Below, piece after piece: positions 14,941 to 23,386 of a DNA stretch of 30,855 nucleotides. Position numbers and translations under genes: made by a program. The DNA is from a virus. Its lineage: Duplodnaviria > Caudoviricetes. Position 1 is the stretch's first letter. Every line of letters starts with the position of its first letter. The notes beneath the pieces are model-generated. The model ran no database searches and was not told the DNA's origin. It saw only the letters and a program-made list of their open reading frames with translations. The DNA is taken from IMG/VR virus record IMGVR_UViG_3300020042_001705, positions 1-30,855 of that record; one strand, written 5' to 3'.

Positions 14941-16015
14941 AACCTTGCGACCTCGCACTCGGGTTGTAGTTAAAATAAGAACCAGTCGAATCAGAATACT
15001 CAGGCCTTATTTGTGTCTGGTTATACGCTGCACCACCACCGCCGCCAAACATACTTGCCACGCCTTGACCAAATGCCGGGTTGCTGCCCAAGCCCATCAA
15101 CGCAGCGCTTACTGGGTCAAACTGACCCGCTTGTCGAGTGCGAGCTGCGCTCATGCCACCTTGCAATAACGACTGACCAGAGTTAGCGCCGGCGGTTGAT
15201 GCGCGCGCGCCCAATGTAGAGCCGATATCCAGCGGCTGCTGACCCAAGCTCTCAAGCGTAGAGACACCGCCCAGCGTCGTAGTGAACGGATTCAGCGCGC
15301 CTGTGACGCCCGACTCGTAGCCACCCAAGAGTCCGGCGCCTTGACCGAACAGACCCGTGCCAAACGCCAGCTGCTGCTGCCCTGCCTGTTGGGCTTGCGC
15401 TGCCAGCTGCGCGTCTTGCTGTGCCAAGGCGTTGTAGTACGCTTCCATCTCGGGGTTGGCCGCGCCCAGTCCTGCGCCACCGCCTGGGCGCATGCCGGTA
15501 CCGCCGACGGCCAGACCACCACGACCTGTCTGAAACAGTTGGTTCTGCAGCTGGGCGTACTGACGTTCGCGAGAAGGAGCCAACAAATCCAGCTGGCGTG
15601 ACATGTACTGTTGCGCTACCTGCTCCGGCGTCTGCGCTAGATACTGGCCGCCCAACTGAAACAGTTGCTGGCCGGCTTGACGCAGAGGCGCGTAAGCTTC
15701 ACCGGCCATCTCAGCTTCACCAAGTCGTTGCTCAGCCAAGCTCTGCAGTTGATCTTGATAACCGCGCAACCGTGGGTCAAGGGTATACCCAGCGCCGGTT
15801 AGTCGGCCTTCGGGGCCAAACTGAAATTGGCTTTGGCCAAACCGGGTAGTGACGCCGACCGGGCGGAATCGCTGCTCTTCAGCTGCTATGCGCGCGGCTT
15901 GCAGTTGGGCTTGCGCCGACTTCTCTGCTGCGCGTTCTTGCGATCTACCGCCTAAAAAACCACCTAGTAGGCTTGCGCCGCCGCCGATAAGTGCTGCTGT
16001 TACTGCTGCTGGCAT
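14927..16015 (-). CDS. Putative DNA transfer/pilot protein (P22 gp7-like)
   Basis: N-terminal AALIGGGASLLGGFLGG..AA..SAQAQ; Gln/Gly/Ala-rich; typical position. Confidence 0.7.
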   Translation of the reverse strand: MPAAVTAALIGGGASLLGGFLGGRSQERAAEKSAQAQLQAARIAAEEQRFRPVGVTTRFGQSQFQFGPEGRLTGAGYTLDPRLRGYQDQLQSLAEQRLGEAEMAGEAYAPLRQAGQQLFQLGGQYLAQTPEQVAQQYMSRQLDLLAPSRERQYAQLQNQLFQTGRGGLAVGGTGMRPGGGAGLGAANPEMEAYYNALAQQDAQLAAQAQQAGQQQLAFGTGLFGQGAGLLGGYESGVTGALNPFTTTLGGVSTLESLGQQPLDIGSTLGARASTAGANSGQSLLQGGMSAARTRQAGQFDPVSAALMGLGSNPAFGQGVASMFGGGGGAAYNQTQIRPEYSDSTGSYFNYNPSARSQGYGYY

Positions 16016-16016
16016 G

Positions 16017-16340
16017 TTAGTACCCCTTTATGAGAACTTCATCCACCTTGGCCACGTCTTTCTCGTCCGTGGCGTGGATGCAATACCAAACACAATCTTC
16101 AATGGCTTTAACGCCATGTACCAAACCCGCTTTGATGTTCAAACAAGCTGGCGCTTCAATCACTTCTATTTCATCACCCATCAGTATGGCAACACGGCCT
16201 CGAGCCAGAATCGACAAGTGGCTAAACTCATGTGTATGCTTCAAAATGGCTTGCCCTGCCTCAACACGCATCTCTTTGGCATACAGCCCATCACTGAAAT
16301 GATGCGTAATTTGATGCTCCGGAAACGTGTCGGTAATCAT
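16017..16340 (-). CDS. Cupin-fold protein
   Basis: GQAILKHTHEFSHLSILARG and APACLNIKAGLVHGV cupin motifs; ATGA-coupled start at 16340. Confidence 0.8.
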   Translation of the reverse strand: MITDTFPEHQITHHFSDGLYAKEMRVEAGQAILKHTHEFSHLSILARGRVAILMGDEIEVIEAPACLNIKAGLVHGVKAIEDCVWYCIHATDEKDVAKVDEVLIKGY

Positions 16341-17035
16341 GCTGTGCGCTTCCACATGTAGACCGTGATGTACGGCTGATAGTTAGCGTCGGTACCGCTT
16401 GAACCTTCCGTTGAAACGCTGGTGGCTACCGTAATTCCTGTGGTTGCATATGCTGTATTTGGGTATAACGCATATGAAGCACCACCGCCAATACCTAAAC
16501 CACCGCCGCCACTTTGAACAAATTGTCCAGCAGATGCCGCATGTACGTGGCCTGAATCACTGACCGTTGATGTGGCCGTGTGTGTATGGCTTACAACAAT
16601 AGCGTTGGCTGAACCACCCGTCTCTTCTGCCGCGTTAAATAATGCATTGCCAGAATCAAAACCTACCATGACGCGGCCGGCGCCAAAGGCTGTCCACGTA
16701 CCAAACCCCAACAATGTACCGGGGTTAGTGTTGCTAGTTGCATTGGTATAGATAGAACCAACTGGGTAAAGTAATGCGATAGCTGCTTGAACAAAAGCTG
16801 TGGTGGCTAATGCAGTGGTGTTATTACCCGCCGATTGCGTAACCCCCACAGCACCTGTTGGAAACGTGGGGGTTCCAGTAAATGTAGGGCTTGCCAAGTC
16901 AGCTTTAGTAGATACCGCCGTGGCGATATTATTAAACTCGGTATCAATCTCCGTGCCCTTAACAATTTTGGCTGCGTTGCCGGACGCCAGCGCATCTTTG
17001 GCGGCGAAGTCCGTGCTCTTAGTGTAGTTACTCAT
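16337..17035 (-). CDS. Tail needle/short fibre protein with baseplate Gp10_C-like C-terminal domain
   Basis: N-terminal EIDTEFNNIA anchor, ASPTFTGTPT..LATTAFV, YPVGSIY..PGTLLGFGTW..GRVMVG..HTH..QPYITVYMWKRTA. Confidence 0.75.
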   Translation of the reverse strand: MSNYTKSTDFAAKDALASGNAAKIVKGTEIDTEFNNIATAVSTKADLASPTFTGTPTFPTGAVGVTQSAGNNTTALATTAFVQAAIALLYPVGSIYTNATSNTNPGTLLGFGTWTAFGAGRVMVGFDSGNALFNAAEETGGSANAIVVSHTHTATSTVSDSGHVHAASAGQFVQSGGGGLGIGGGASYALYPNTAYATTGITVATSVSTEGSSGTDANYQPYITVYMWKRTA

Positions 17036-18591
17036 GTCACCCTTCCGTTTTTCGACAGAATCTCAATTTTTTGAATCGACAACGGTGAAGCATTGATGTC
17101 AGCTTCGTAGCCCGTTTGAACAATACGACCAGAACCCGTACCTTGGGCATAAAGCGTTTGTAGTGCAATACCATCCGCGTACTCCGCTACAGGAACGCCG
17201 TTAGCGCCATACTCCGCTATGCCATACTCAGATACTCTTTGCATAGGAATTTGCGTGTTTTGCGATAGATAATTTTCATTAAAATCAAAACCCCATTTAA
17301 TAGTTAAGTCTTGATTTGTACCACCAATCACAATGACGCCGATACGCTTCAATATAGACGTGACGCTTTGGTCACCTAAGTCGCTATGGTTGGTGTAATA
17401 CTGGAACCGGTACTCAGCGGTGTCGTCAAGGTATGTGCCGTACTTAGCGACGTACCCTGTTTGGCCTAACAACAGATCGCCGTTACGACGCGACAGCAAA
17501 GCCGAAGGGGTAATCGATGTCCACTGAGTCACACGGCAAGAACCATCTTGCATGTAGCCGCGCGTATCAAACACATACACGGATTGATTGGTAGGCAACG
17601 TCAGCAGATAAAACGCGTTGATTTCAGAGTAGACAGCCTTGATGTTAGCCAGCGTCTCGCCTGCAATAATACTGATCAGATCATTGCGCACGTTTTTGCT
17701 GATGTCACGAAATGGCGCTGACTTCTCTTGAATCGTGCGCATTAATGAGCGCACGCCGCTGTTGGACAGGAAAAATACGTCGGTCGCAGTGCCTTGAATC
17801 GAATCGCGCGCAATGCAGCCAATACCTACCACCGTATCGCTTAAAGATATGGTGGCCGGCGCTGTTGCGCCTTGATACACCAATATCTGGCGCTTGCCAA
17901 AGATAACCAAGAAATTATTGTGCGCAGCTAAGCCAACAATTTCATCCGGCCCAGCAGGCCAAACATTATTAATATTCAGTGTGCCTGACGTGCCGCCGGT
18001 ATAGATGTGCCCCGCCAGCAAGTCTGAGAACGTCAGCGTTTGCTTGTCAGAGGCCGTGTTGGCGATCCACAGACGACCATAAGCCGAAATGACGATATTG
18101 CCCGACGGCACAGTACCCGCGTAACCCGATTTCTCACTTACGCGGCGATAGGTCGTGGTGCTGACTGCCGGATCGTAGATCAGCGGATCATGGCCCAGCT
18201 GAAAGAAGTACGTAATGTTGTTAAGCGAGGCGCACTGCCAGTTGTTGGCTGTAATTGTTGGGGCGGTACCCCCACCCCCGTAGGTCAACTCGACAACAGC
18301 GTTGCTGCCGTCAAGTTTAAAAATCTTGTTGTTGCCTGCGAACAGGATTGTGTACGTGCCGTCAGCAACCACCAGTTCATGGATGACGCCAATATCGTTA
18401 GCGCCCAAGTTGCCGGAGCTGCTATTAACCTTAGACCACCCTTCGCGAGCACCGACACGGCCGTACTGGTCAATGACGCAGTTAGTCGCCACCAAGGCAA
18501 ACCCAGCGTCCAAAGCAAGTGGCGAATCTTGGGTGTTCAGGCCGTAAAAGCCTGGCGCCGAGATCGTATCGATGCGTAGCGGCTGGCTCAT
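17032..18591 (-). CDS. Tail hub / packaged-DNA stabilization protein (P22 gp10 / tail tubular B-like)
   Basis: 519 aa, beta-rich; GFYGLNT start, YGRLW, GCIARDSI, FFLSNSGVRSL; follows the adaptor gene. Confidence 0.75.
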   Translation of the reverse strand: MSQPLRIDTISAPGFYGLNTQDSPLALDAGFALVATNCVIDQYGRVGAREGWSKVNSSSGNLGANDIGVIHELVVADGTYTILFAGNNKIFKLDGSNAVVELTYGGGGTAPTITANNWQCASLNNITYFFQLGHDPLIYDPAVSTTTYRRVSEKSGYAGTVPSGNIVISAYGRLWIANTASDKQTLTFSDLLAGHIYTGGTSGTLNINNVWPAGPDEIVGLAAHNNFLVIFGKRQILVYQGATAPATISLSDTVVGIGCIARDSIQGTATDVFFLSNSGVRSLMRTIQEKSAPFRDISKNVRNDLISIIAGETLANIKAVYSEINAFYLLTLPTNQSVYVFDTRGYMQDGSCRVTQWTSITPSALLSRRNGDLLLGQTGYVAKYGTYLDDTAEYRFQYYTNHSDLGDQSVTSILKRIGVIVIGGTNQDLTIKWGFDFNENYLSQNTQIPMQRVSEYGIAEYGANGVPVAEYADGIALQTLYAQGTGSGRIVQTGYEADINASPLSIQKIEILSKNGRVT

Positions 18592-19238
18592 ACGGCTAAG
18601 AACTCCTGCATCTCAGGGAAGCGAGTGGACTCCAGCGCGATGTAATCCGACAGCATGGATTTATAGAGCGCATAGGCCTCGGATGAATTAAGACCGCCAT
18701 CCTCACCACGCTCAACCAAAGCTCTAGCGTAAGCGTTTTGAGCGACCAGCACATCTGGCACCAGCACGGAAGTTGAATCGGCGGACAAGGTTGCTTGTGG
18801 CACCGCCAAGAAGAACTTGAGGGTGTACACACCGTTAGGGCGACCCCACAGCTGCACTTTAGCGTCGCCGTTGTTGTCTACGCCCTCAAAGCAATACTCG
18901 GACGGAACTGCCGTAATCGTTGGCTGCAGGTATTGTTTGCGGCGCATGTCGCTTACAGGAATGACCTGCATGATGACATTGCTGGTGATATTGAGTGGGT
19001 CGCTGGTAACGCGGAATTTTTGCCCGGCACCGGTCATCGAGTATTCGTACACGCTGCCTGACGTAGTAACCGTAACTTCTTGGCCTAACGCGTTCCAGTC
19101 GTAAGCATCCTCAATCTGACGTTTGGCGTCATTGACAAACTTGCCGATCAAGGAAGAGTACGTAGTCAGGGCGACAGTCGTTACCTGCTGTTCTCGCAGG
19201 CGAGCTAGGACGTCGTTGACGAGTTCTAAATAGGTCAT
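18588..19238 (-). CDS. Head-to-tail adaptor (tail tubular A / gp4 position)
   Basis: MTYLELVNDVLARLRE..FVNDAKRQIE..YDWNAL pattern; position upstream of the hub gene. Confidence 0.75.
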   Translation of the reverse strand: MTYLELVNDVLARLREQQVTTVALTTYSSLIGKFVNDAKRQIEDAYDWNALGQEVTVTTSGSVYEYSMTGAGQKFRVTSDPLNITSNVIMQVIPVSDMRRKQYLQPTITAVPSEYCFEGVDNNGDAKVQLWGRPNGVYTLKFFLAVPQATLSADSTSVLVPDVLVAQNAYARALVERGEDGGLNSSEAYALYKSMLSDYIALESTRFPEMQEFLAV

Positions 19239-19537
19239 TTGCTTTTCGCCTTATTCCTTGCGGATATAGCTTTAGCTTTTGCCTTTGCGTCTGCCTTGGA
19301 TGATGCGCCCCAAGCCTGCAGTGACTGCAGTAGCCTGGTTGGCTTGCCGCCCTCTTGTTCAGGGCCGGGCATATTACCCATCCTAGCGAGAAAAGAAGCT
19401 CGTCGCGGGTTGTCGCCAGATTTTACTGGCGCTTTGAGGTTACCCCCAGTTGCTGCATTATAAGACGCACGGCCCTTGGCATTCAAGCCGCCCTTGGGGT
19501 TTTGACCGGCTTTTCTTTGCCAAGCGGGAGTTTTCAT
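19235..19537 (-). CDS. Small basic phage protein (DUF6321-like)
   Basis: PAWQRKAGQNPKGGLNAKGRASY..RRASFLARM..W; Lys/Arg-rich. Confidence 0.8.
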   Translation of the reverse strand: MKTPAWQRKAGQNPKGGLNAKGRASYNAATGGNLKAPVKSGDNPRRASFLARMGNMPGPEQEGGKPTRLLQSLQAWGASSKADAKAKAKAISARNKAKSK

Positions 19538-19686
19538 TTTTTCCTCGGTTTAGCCGTTTTGGCCGACTCCTTAAACGCTGCGGTAGTCGGAGCACCTTTA
19601 GCTCCAGGCTTACGCATCTTCTCGCCCGAACCGGCAGCGATGCGTTTACGCTTGGCGTTTATGTTGGCATACAGGCCGGGCTTCAT
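19534..19686 (-). CDS. Small Lys-rich protein (50 aa, not in the ORF track)
   Basis: MKPGLYANINAKRKRIAAGSGEKMRKPGAKGAPTTAAFKESAKTAKPRKK; ATGA overlaps at both ends. Confidence 0.8.
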   Translation of the reverse strand: MKPGLYANINAKRKRIAAGSGEKMRKPGAKGAPTTAAFKESAKTAKPRKK

Positions 19687-19847
19687 TTTTTGGCCTTTTT
19701 CTTGGCCAAGCCAGCCATACTCAAACCAATCGCCACCGCTTGTTTTTGCGGGTAGCCTTCTTTACGCAGCTTGCTAATCTTGGCCGAAGCAGCTTCCTGC
19801 TTGCCCTTTTTCGTGTACGGATACTTCTTACCATCAACCATTGGCAT
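19683..19847 (-). CDS. Small Lys-rich protein (54 aa, not in the ORF track)
   Basis: MPMVDGKKYPYTKKGKQEAASAKISKLRKEGYPQKQAVAIGLSMAGLAKKKAKK; RBS AAGGGG; TGA overlaps the next ATG. Confidence 0.8.
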   Translation of the reverse strand: MPMVDGKKYPYTKKGKQEAASAKISKLRKEGYPQKQAVAIGLSMAGLAKKKAKK

Positions 19848-19851
19848 GATC

Positions 19852-20061
19852 TTACCCCTTAAAAAATAGCCGATCAGCTACAAAAGTCAGTATTCCACCC
19901 ACGGTCGAGGCGATTGTCATCCCCATCCAAAAGCCGCCTTTAGACTTATTGGCCAGCTCCAGCAGGGTTTTGACGTCGTCGCGCAAGGCGTGGACTTCCA
20001 CGTTCATTGCTTCGACTTGTGCTTCGAGCTTCCCAAATTCTCTAGGATCAATTTCTGACAT
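19852..20061 (-). CDS. Coiled-coil plus C-terminal TM protein (XhlA/holin-like)
   Basis: FGKLEAQVEAM..LLELANKSKGGFWMGMTIASTVGGILTFVA. Confidence 0.7.
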   Translation of the reverse strand: MSEIDPREFGKLEAQVEAMNVEVHALRDDVKTLLELANKSKGGFWMGMTIASTVGGILTFVADRLFFKG

Positions 20062-20251
20062 TTTCCGGTTTCCTTGGCCGCCCCATGCGTTTAGCCGGAG
20101 GCGATAAAGTTACTGTCATCGGCACTTCTGCATGCAGGTCTTCAGGCACATCGACACGCACGTAGCCTTGATGGCCTTTCATGCTGTCAATATCATGCTG
20201 AAGGTTAAACGTGACCATCTGGCCACTAGTCAAGCATTTGAAAGTTGCCAC
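20048..20251 (-). CDS. Hypothetical protein with C-terminal AT-hook-like motif
   Basis: GTG start after GGAGG (MATFKCLTSGQ...); ends KRMGRPRKPENVRN. Confidence 0.7.
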   Translation of the reverse strand: MATFKCLTSGQMVTFNLQHDIDSMKGHQGYVRVDVPEDLHAEVPMTVTLSPPAKRMGRPRKPENVRN

Positions 20252-20267
20252 AAAACCTCCGAACGGC

Positions 20268-20293
20268 AAATTGGGGGCTTTCACCCCCAATTT
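20268..20293. terminator. Hairpin after the capsid-decoration gene
   Basis: AAATTGGGGG-ctttca-CCCCCAATTT; GAAA tetraloop on -, T-run on +. Confidence 0.6.
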
Positions 20294-20620
20294 TTACGCC
20301 AGTGAACGTACTACTACCAGACGCAACGTAGCGGATGCCAGATCCACGGTGCCGCCCGTCTCATTCTGGAAACGAATGCTAACGGTATCTGCTGCGCTGA
20401 CATAACCGGTCACAATCAGACCCGCCACATCAACGGCGAGCGAGGCCGACAGCACCATGTCGCCAAGTGCCACGCCGGGTACAGCCACGGTATCGGTATC
20501 ACCCGCGCCGTCAACCAAACTGTCGGCGTTAAGGGTGGCACGAACCAAAAAAGTGCTGGTATAGAGGCCACGAAACTGGTCATTGCCAGCTCGGACCACA
20601 ACGGAAGTTGCATTTGCCAT
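20294..20620 (-). CDS. Putative capsid decoration/cement protein
   Basis: 108 aa, beta-rich (TVAVPGVALGDMV..YVSAADTVSIRFQNETGGTVDL), directly after the major capsid gene. Confidence 0.6.
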   Translation of the reverse strand: MANATSVVVRAGNDQFRGLYTSTFLVRATLNADSLVDGAGDTDTVAVPGVALGDMVLSASLAVDVAGLIVTGYVSAADTVSIRFQNETGGTVDLASATLRLVVVRSLA

Positions 20621-20641
20621 GATGTTCTCCTAATTAGGTTG

Positions 20642-20669
20642 AAAACCCCCGGCCGAAACCGGGGAGTTT
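20642..20669 (-). terminator. Intrinsic terminator after the major capsid gene
   Basis: Minus strand CCCCGGU-UUCG-GCCGGGG followed by GUUUU. Confidence 0.8.
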
Positions 20670-20671
20670 AA

Positions 20672-21643
20672 TTAGGCTGGAACAGCCAGAGCGAATGCGG
20701 ACGACGAGGTTGCAGCGCCTACACTTGCGGCAGTGCGCATGGCTTTGACGCCATACAGCATGTCGGAGGTGAAGAGCGTGCCCAGGTATTCCTGCTTGTA
20801 CTGAGTCTGCGAACGAACACCCATCTGCTCAACCAGAACCATCGATTCTTTGTGGCCCATCAGGCAGATACGGTCAGCGCCCGAGCTACCAGCACCGAAG
20901 TCGGCGTTGGAGCTGACGAACACGGGGATACCGTACAGGTTACCAATCTCACCGTTACGGATGGCGTTGCCATCGCCCACAAATGCCTGCTCAGTGTAGC
21001 GAGCCAGACCCATCAAGGTGTTGCGGCTTGATGGTGGGATGATGAAGAAACGGCCGTCCATCGGGGTGTCGTTGTCGTCCAGACGCTGGATGGTGCGACG
21101 GATCGCAGCATCGGTCAGGGCAGCAGCGTTCGAGGTGGTGCTGTTGTACGCAGTCGTGCCGTCCGAGCCGATGAAAGCCTTGGTGGTGGTGTTGCTGGTT
21201 GCGTAGTCGTCGGTGCCGACGGTTGCGCCGTTAAAGGCACGGCCGAGCTGAACCAGATCGGTGTCCACTTGGCGAGCCAAGGCATAGCCGGCGTCGCTGG
21301 TGTAGAACTGGCGCAGCGAGTTCAGCGCTTGGGCTTCGACGATGTCTTCAATCAGACGGCTGTACTCATAATGCTTGTTGATAAGAATCTGGACTTCAGA
21401 CTCCGTTGCAGCGATCAGCGTGACTGCGTTGGTGGCAGTCTTGGCCGAGGCATTGCCACGGGTTGGGGCTGGAACGTGAACGGTGTCACCTTTCTTGCCT
21501 TTGAAGTTCATCTTCATGACAACATTGGCCAGAACCAGGTTCTTTTTGTAGGCCGCAACAATCTCATCACTCCAAATCTCTGGGATAAAGGTTGCTGCTG
21601 TTGTCGATGTTACGCTATTTGCGGGGTTAAATGCGGTTGCCAT
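20672..21643 (-). CDS. Major capsid protein
   Basis: FIPEIWSDEI..KKGDTVHVP..AGYALARQVD..GEIGNLYGIPVFVS..DMLYGV; follows the scaffold; RBS AGGAG; terminator downstream. Confidence 0.9.
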   Translation of the reverse strand: MATAFNPANSVTSTTAATFIPEIWSDEIVAAYKKNLVLANVVMKMNFKGKKGDTVHVPAPTRGNASAKTATNAVTLIAATESEVQILINKHYEYSRLIEDIVEAQALNSLRQFYTSDAGYALARQVDTDLVQLGRAFNGATVGTDDYATSNTTTKAFIGSDGTTAYNSTTSNAAALTDAAIRRTIQRLDDNDTPMDGRFFIIPPSSRNTLMGLARYTEQAFVGDGNAIRNGEIGNLYGIPVFVSSNADFGAGSSGADRICLMGHKESMVLVEQMGVRSQTQYKQEYLGTLFTSDMLYGVKAMRTAASVGAATSSSAFALAVPA

Positions 21644-21672
21644 GTCTAGCTCCTAAAAGTCAAAAGTAAAAT

Positions 21673-22431
21673 TTACTTGACCCGGCCTTCCGTGTACGCC
21701 GCCATAATTTCGTCAGACAGCGCGTCGTATCTAGCCGGATCGGTCATTTTCAGCCGAATAAGGTCAGCTCTGCGATAGACACGTTTTGAGCTCTCACCCG
21801 TTCCGCCCGCATCCACTTGCACGGCTCTCATCGTCTGCTGGCGAGCTTCCTTACCGGATTGCTCTACCTGCTTTTGCTTGATGCCGCGCAACTGCTTGTA
21901 CGTGCTCAGTAATTCATTGGCCGCTTCGTAATCAAACTGCGCATCCGCCCGGGTGTAGAGCTCCAATCGAAATTGAGATGATTTGACCCAATTCTCAAAA
22001 TCGGCATTGGCACTGATCTCCATGAAATCAGGGTGCTCTTGCGCCAAACGTTGCTGAGTTTGCATCCGCCTGAAATCAATGCCCGCTTGACGGGCAGCAA
22101 TAACGTCTGGATGTGCTTCAACGGTTTTCTGAATCGCCTTTTGGGGATTCTCAAAAAAGTCTACTTCAGGCTCTACCTGTTCAACAGGCTGTGATTTTGA
22201 CGAGAGATTCTGCTTAATCAGCTCATCGGCAAGTTTCCGCACTTCCCCGACTTCTTGCGCCTGACGACCAATGACCTTTTCGGCCTCCTGGTGCATCTTG
22301 ACGACATCCTCAATTGACTTCCCGCGATAGCGGTCGGGCAACTCAGGTATCTCTGGCGCTGCGTAATCCGGTAGTTTTGCGTCTTCTGCCTCTAACTCAC
22401 TAGGCATCTCTGGTTCGTTATCAATCAACAT
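21673..22431 (-). CDS. Capsid scaffolding protein
   Basis: Acidic N-terminus, LPDRYRGKSIEDVVKMHQEAEK, coiled coil and C-terminal EIMAAYTEGRVK helix. Confidence 0.85.
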   Translation of the reverse strand: MLIDNEPEMPSELEAEDAKLPDYAAPEIPELPDRYRGKSIEDVVKMHQEAEKVIGRQAQEVGEVRKLADELIKQNLSSKSQPVEQVEPEVDFFENPQKAIQKTVEAHPDVIAARQAGIDFRRMQTQQRLAQEHPDFMEISANADFENWVKSSQFRLELYTRADAQFDYEAANELLSTYKQLRGIKQKQVEQSGKEARQQTMRAVQVDAGGTGESSKRVYRRADLIRLKMTDPARYDALSDEIMAAYTEGRVK

Positions 22432-22495
22432 GTCGAAGTTCCTTTTCCTGCCATCTTTTGGTTCTCAGGATTAAACATGAACAGGGCATTTCTGC

Positions 22496-22723
22496 TTATC
22501 TGTTCGCCTTCTGCTCGGATTTTAGCTTGTCTCGGTGCTTTTTATCAAACTTTGCGTGAGCCGTTGGAAACGCTCCCGACCACCCCTCAAGTTTAAATGC
22601 CGGTGCAGATATTACGCGGTTGGCTAACTTGCCGCATTTGCAACGAATTTGTTTGTTTTCAAATTCGACAAATCGCTCAACTCGCTCTCCGCTTTCGCAG
22701 AGAAATTCAAATATCTTTCTCAT
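22496..22723 (-). CDS. FmdB-like zinc-ribbon protein (degenerate)
   Basis: MRKIFEFLC..E..CKCG..RVISAP..L.GWSG pattern; only three Cys. Confidence 0.65.
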   Translation of the reverse strand: MRKIFEFLCESGERVERFVEFENKQIRCKCGKLANRVISAPAFKLEGWSGAFPTAHAKFDKKHRDKLKSEQKANR

Positions 22724-22946
22724 TGAGTCCCTCATACGCCTCTTCGCTGACCTGTTTTAAGGTTTTCAGCCAATTCAGGATAGATAACTCACCCTTCTTA
22801 AATTGTAAATCTTTTTCGTCAGCGATGGTAGAGACATTGTTTAACGTAGTTATCATTAAGTCAACATCTTCCAGCAGATCACGCCACCCCTGGTGAGTCA
22901 TCATCGAGAAGCGGTCTTCGTAATACTGTTGCAGTTCAGGCGTCAT
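22707..22946 (-). CDS. Small head-module protein (Bbp19-like)
   Basis: MTPELQQYYEDRFSMMTHQGWRDLLED..LQFKKGEL; ATGA-coupled start at 22946. Confidence 0.7.
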   Translation of the reverse strand: MTPELQQYYEDRFSMMTHQGWRDLLEDVDLMITTLNNVSTIADEKDLQFKKGELSILNWLKTLKQVSEEAYEGLNEKDI

Positions 22947-23383
22947 GGCGTAAATGTAGGCGTAGGTGTAGGCCAGATCAGTTGTAATGCAGCTAGTTCG
23001 TCTACTGTGGTGCAAGCAACTACCGCAGCCTCGTTTGTATTTGATGCAGAACGAATAGCCGCCCTAACTGCCAACGTTTCATCATCTACCCTTGCGCTAG
23101 TTTCAGCAGCACGAATTATCTTCCAATCCGTGGGAGCCAGCATCGAACCAGCCGTGGCTTTAATTTGAGAAATTAAGTTTGTTTTACATTGATCTAAATC
23201 CTTTGGGTTACCAACCCCCCAATAGTATCTGTCGTCGTAATGTTCTGGGTCGGCGACTTCGGTAATGCCGATGGCGGATTTCTCCTCGGCACTAGTCAAG
23301 CGCAACCAGTTCGCCGGGTACTGCACCTCATCGTGCGTAAACGGCGTGTCGAGCGGCAGTGCTACGTTGTTGAGCATGAACAT
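22943..23383 (-). CDS. Tail fibre assembly chaperone-like protein
   Basis: QYPANWLRL..DDRYYW..LAPTDWKIIR..RAAIR..W; follows the lectin/fibre gene. Confidence 0.65.
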   Translation of the reverse strand: MFMLNNVALPLDTPFTHDEVQYPANWLRLTSAEEKSAIGITEVADPEHYDDRYYWGVGNPKDLDQCKTNLISQIKATAGSMLAPTDWKIIRAAETSARVDDETLAVRAAIRSASNTNEAAVVACTTVDELAALQLIWPTPTPTFTP

Positions 23384-23386
23384 GTG

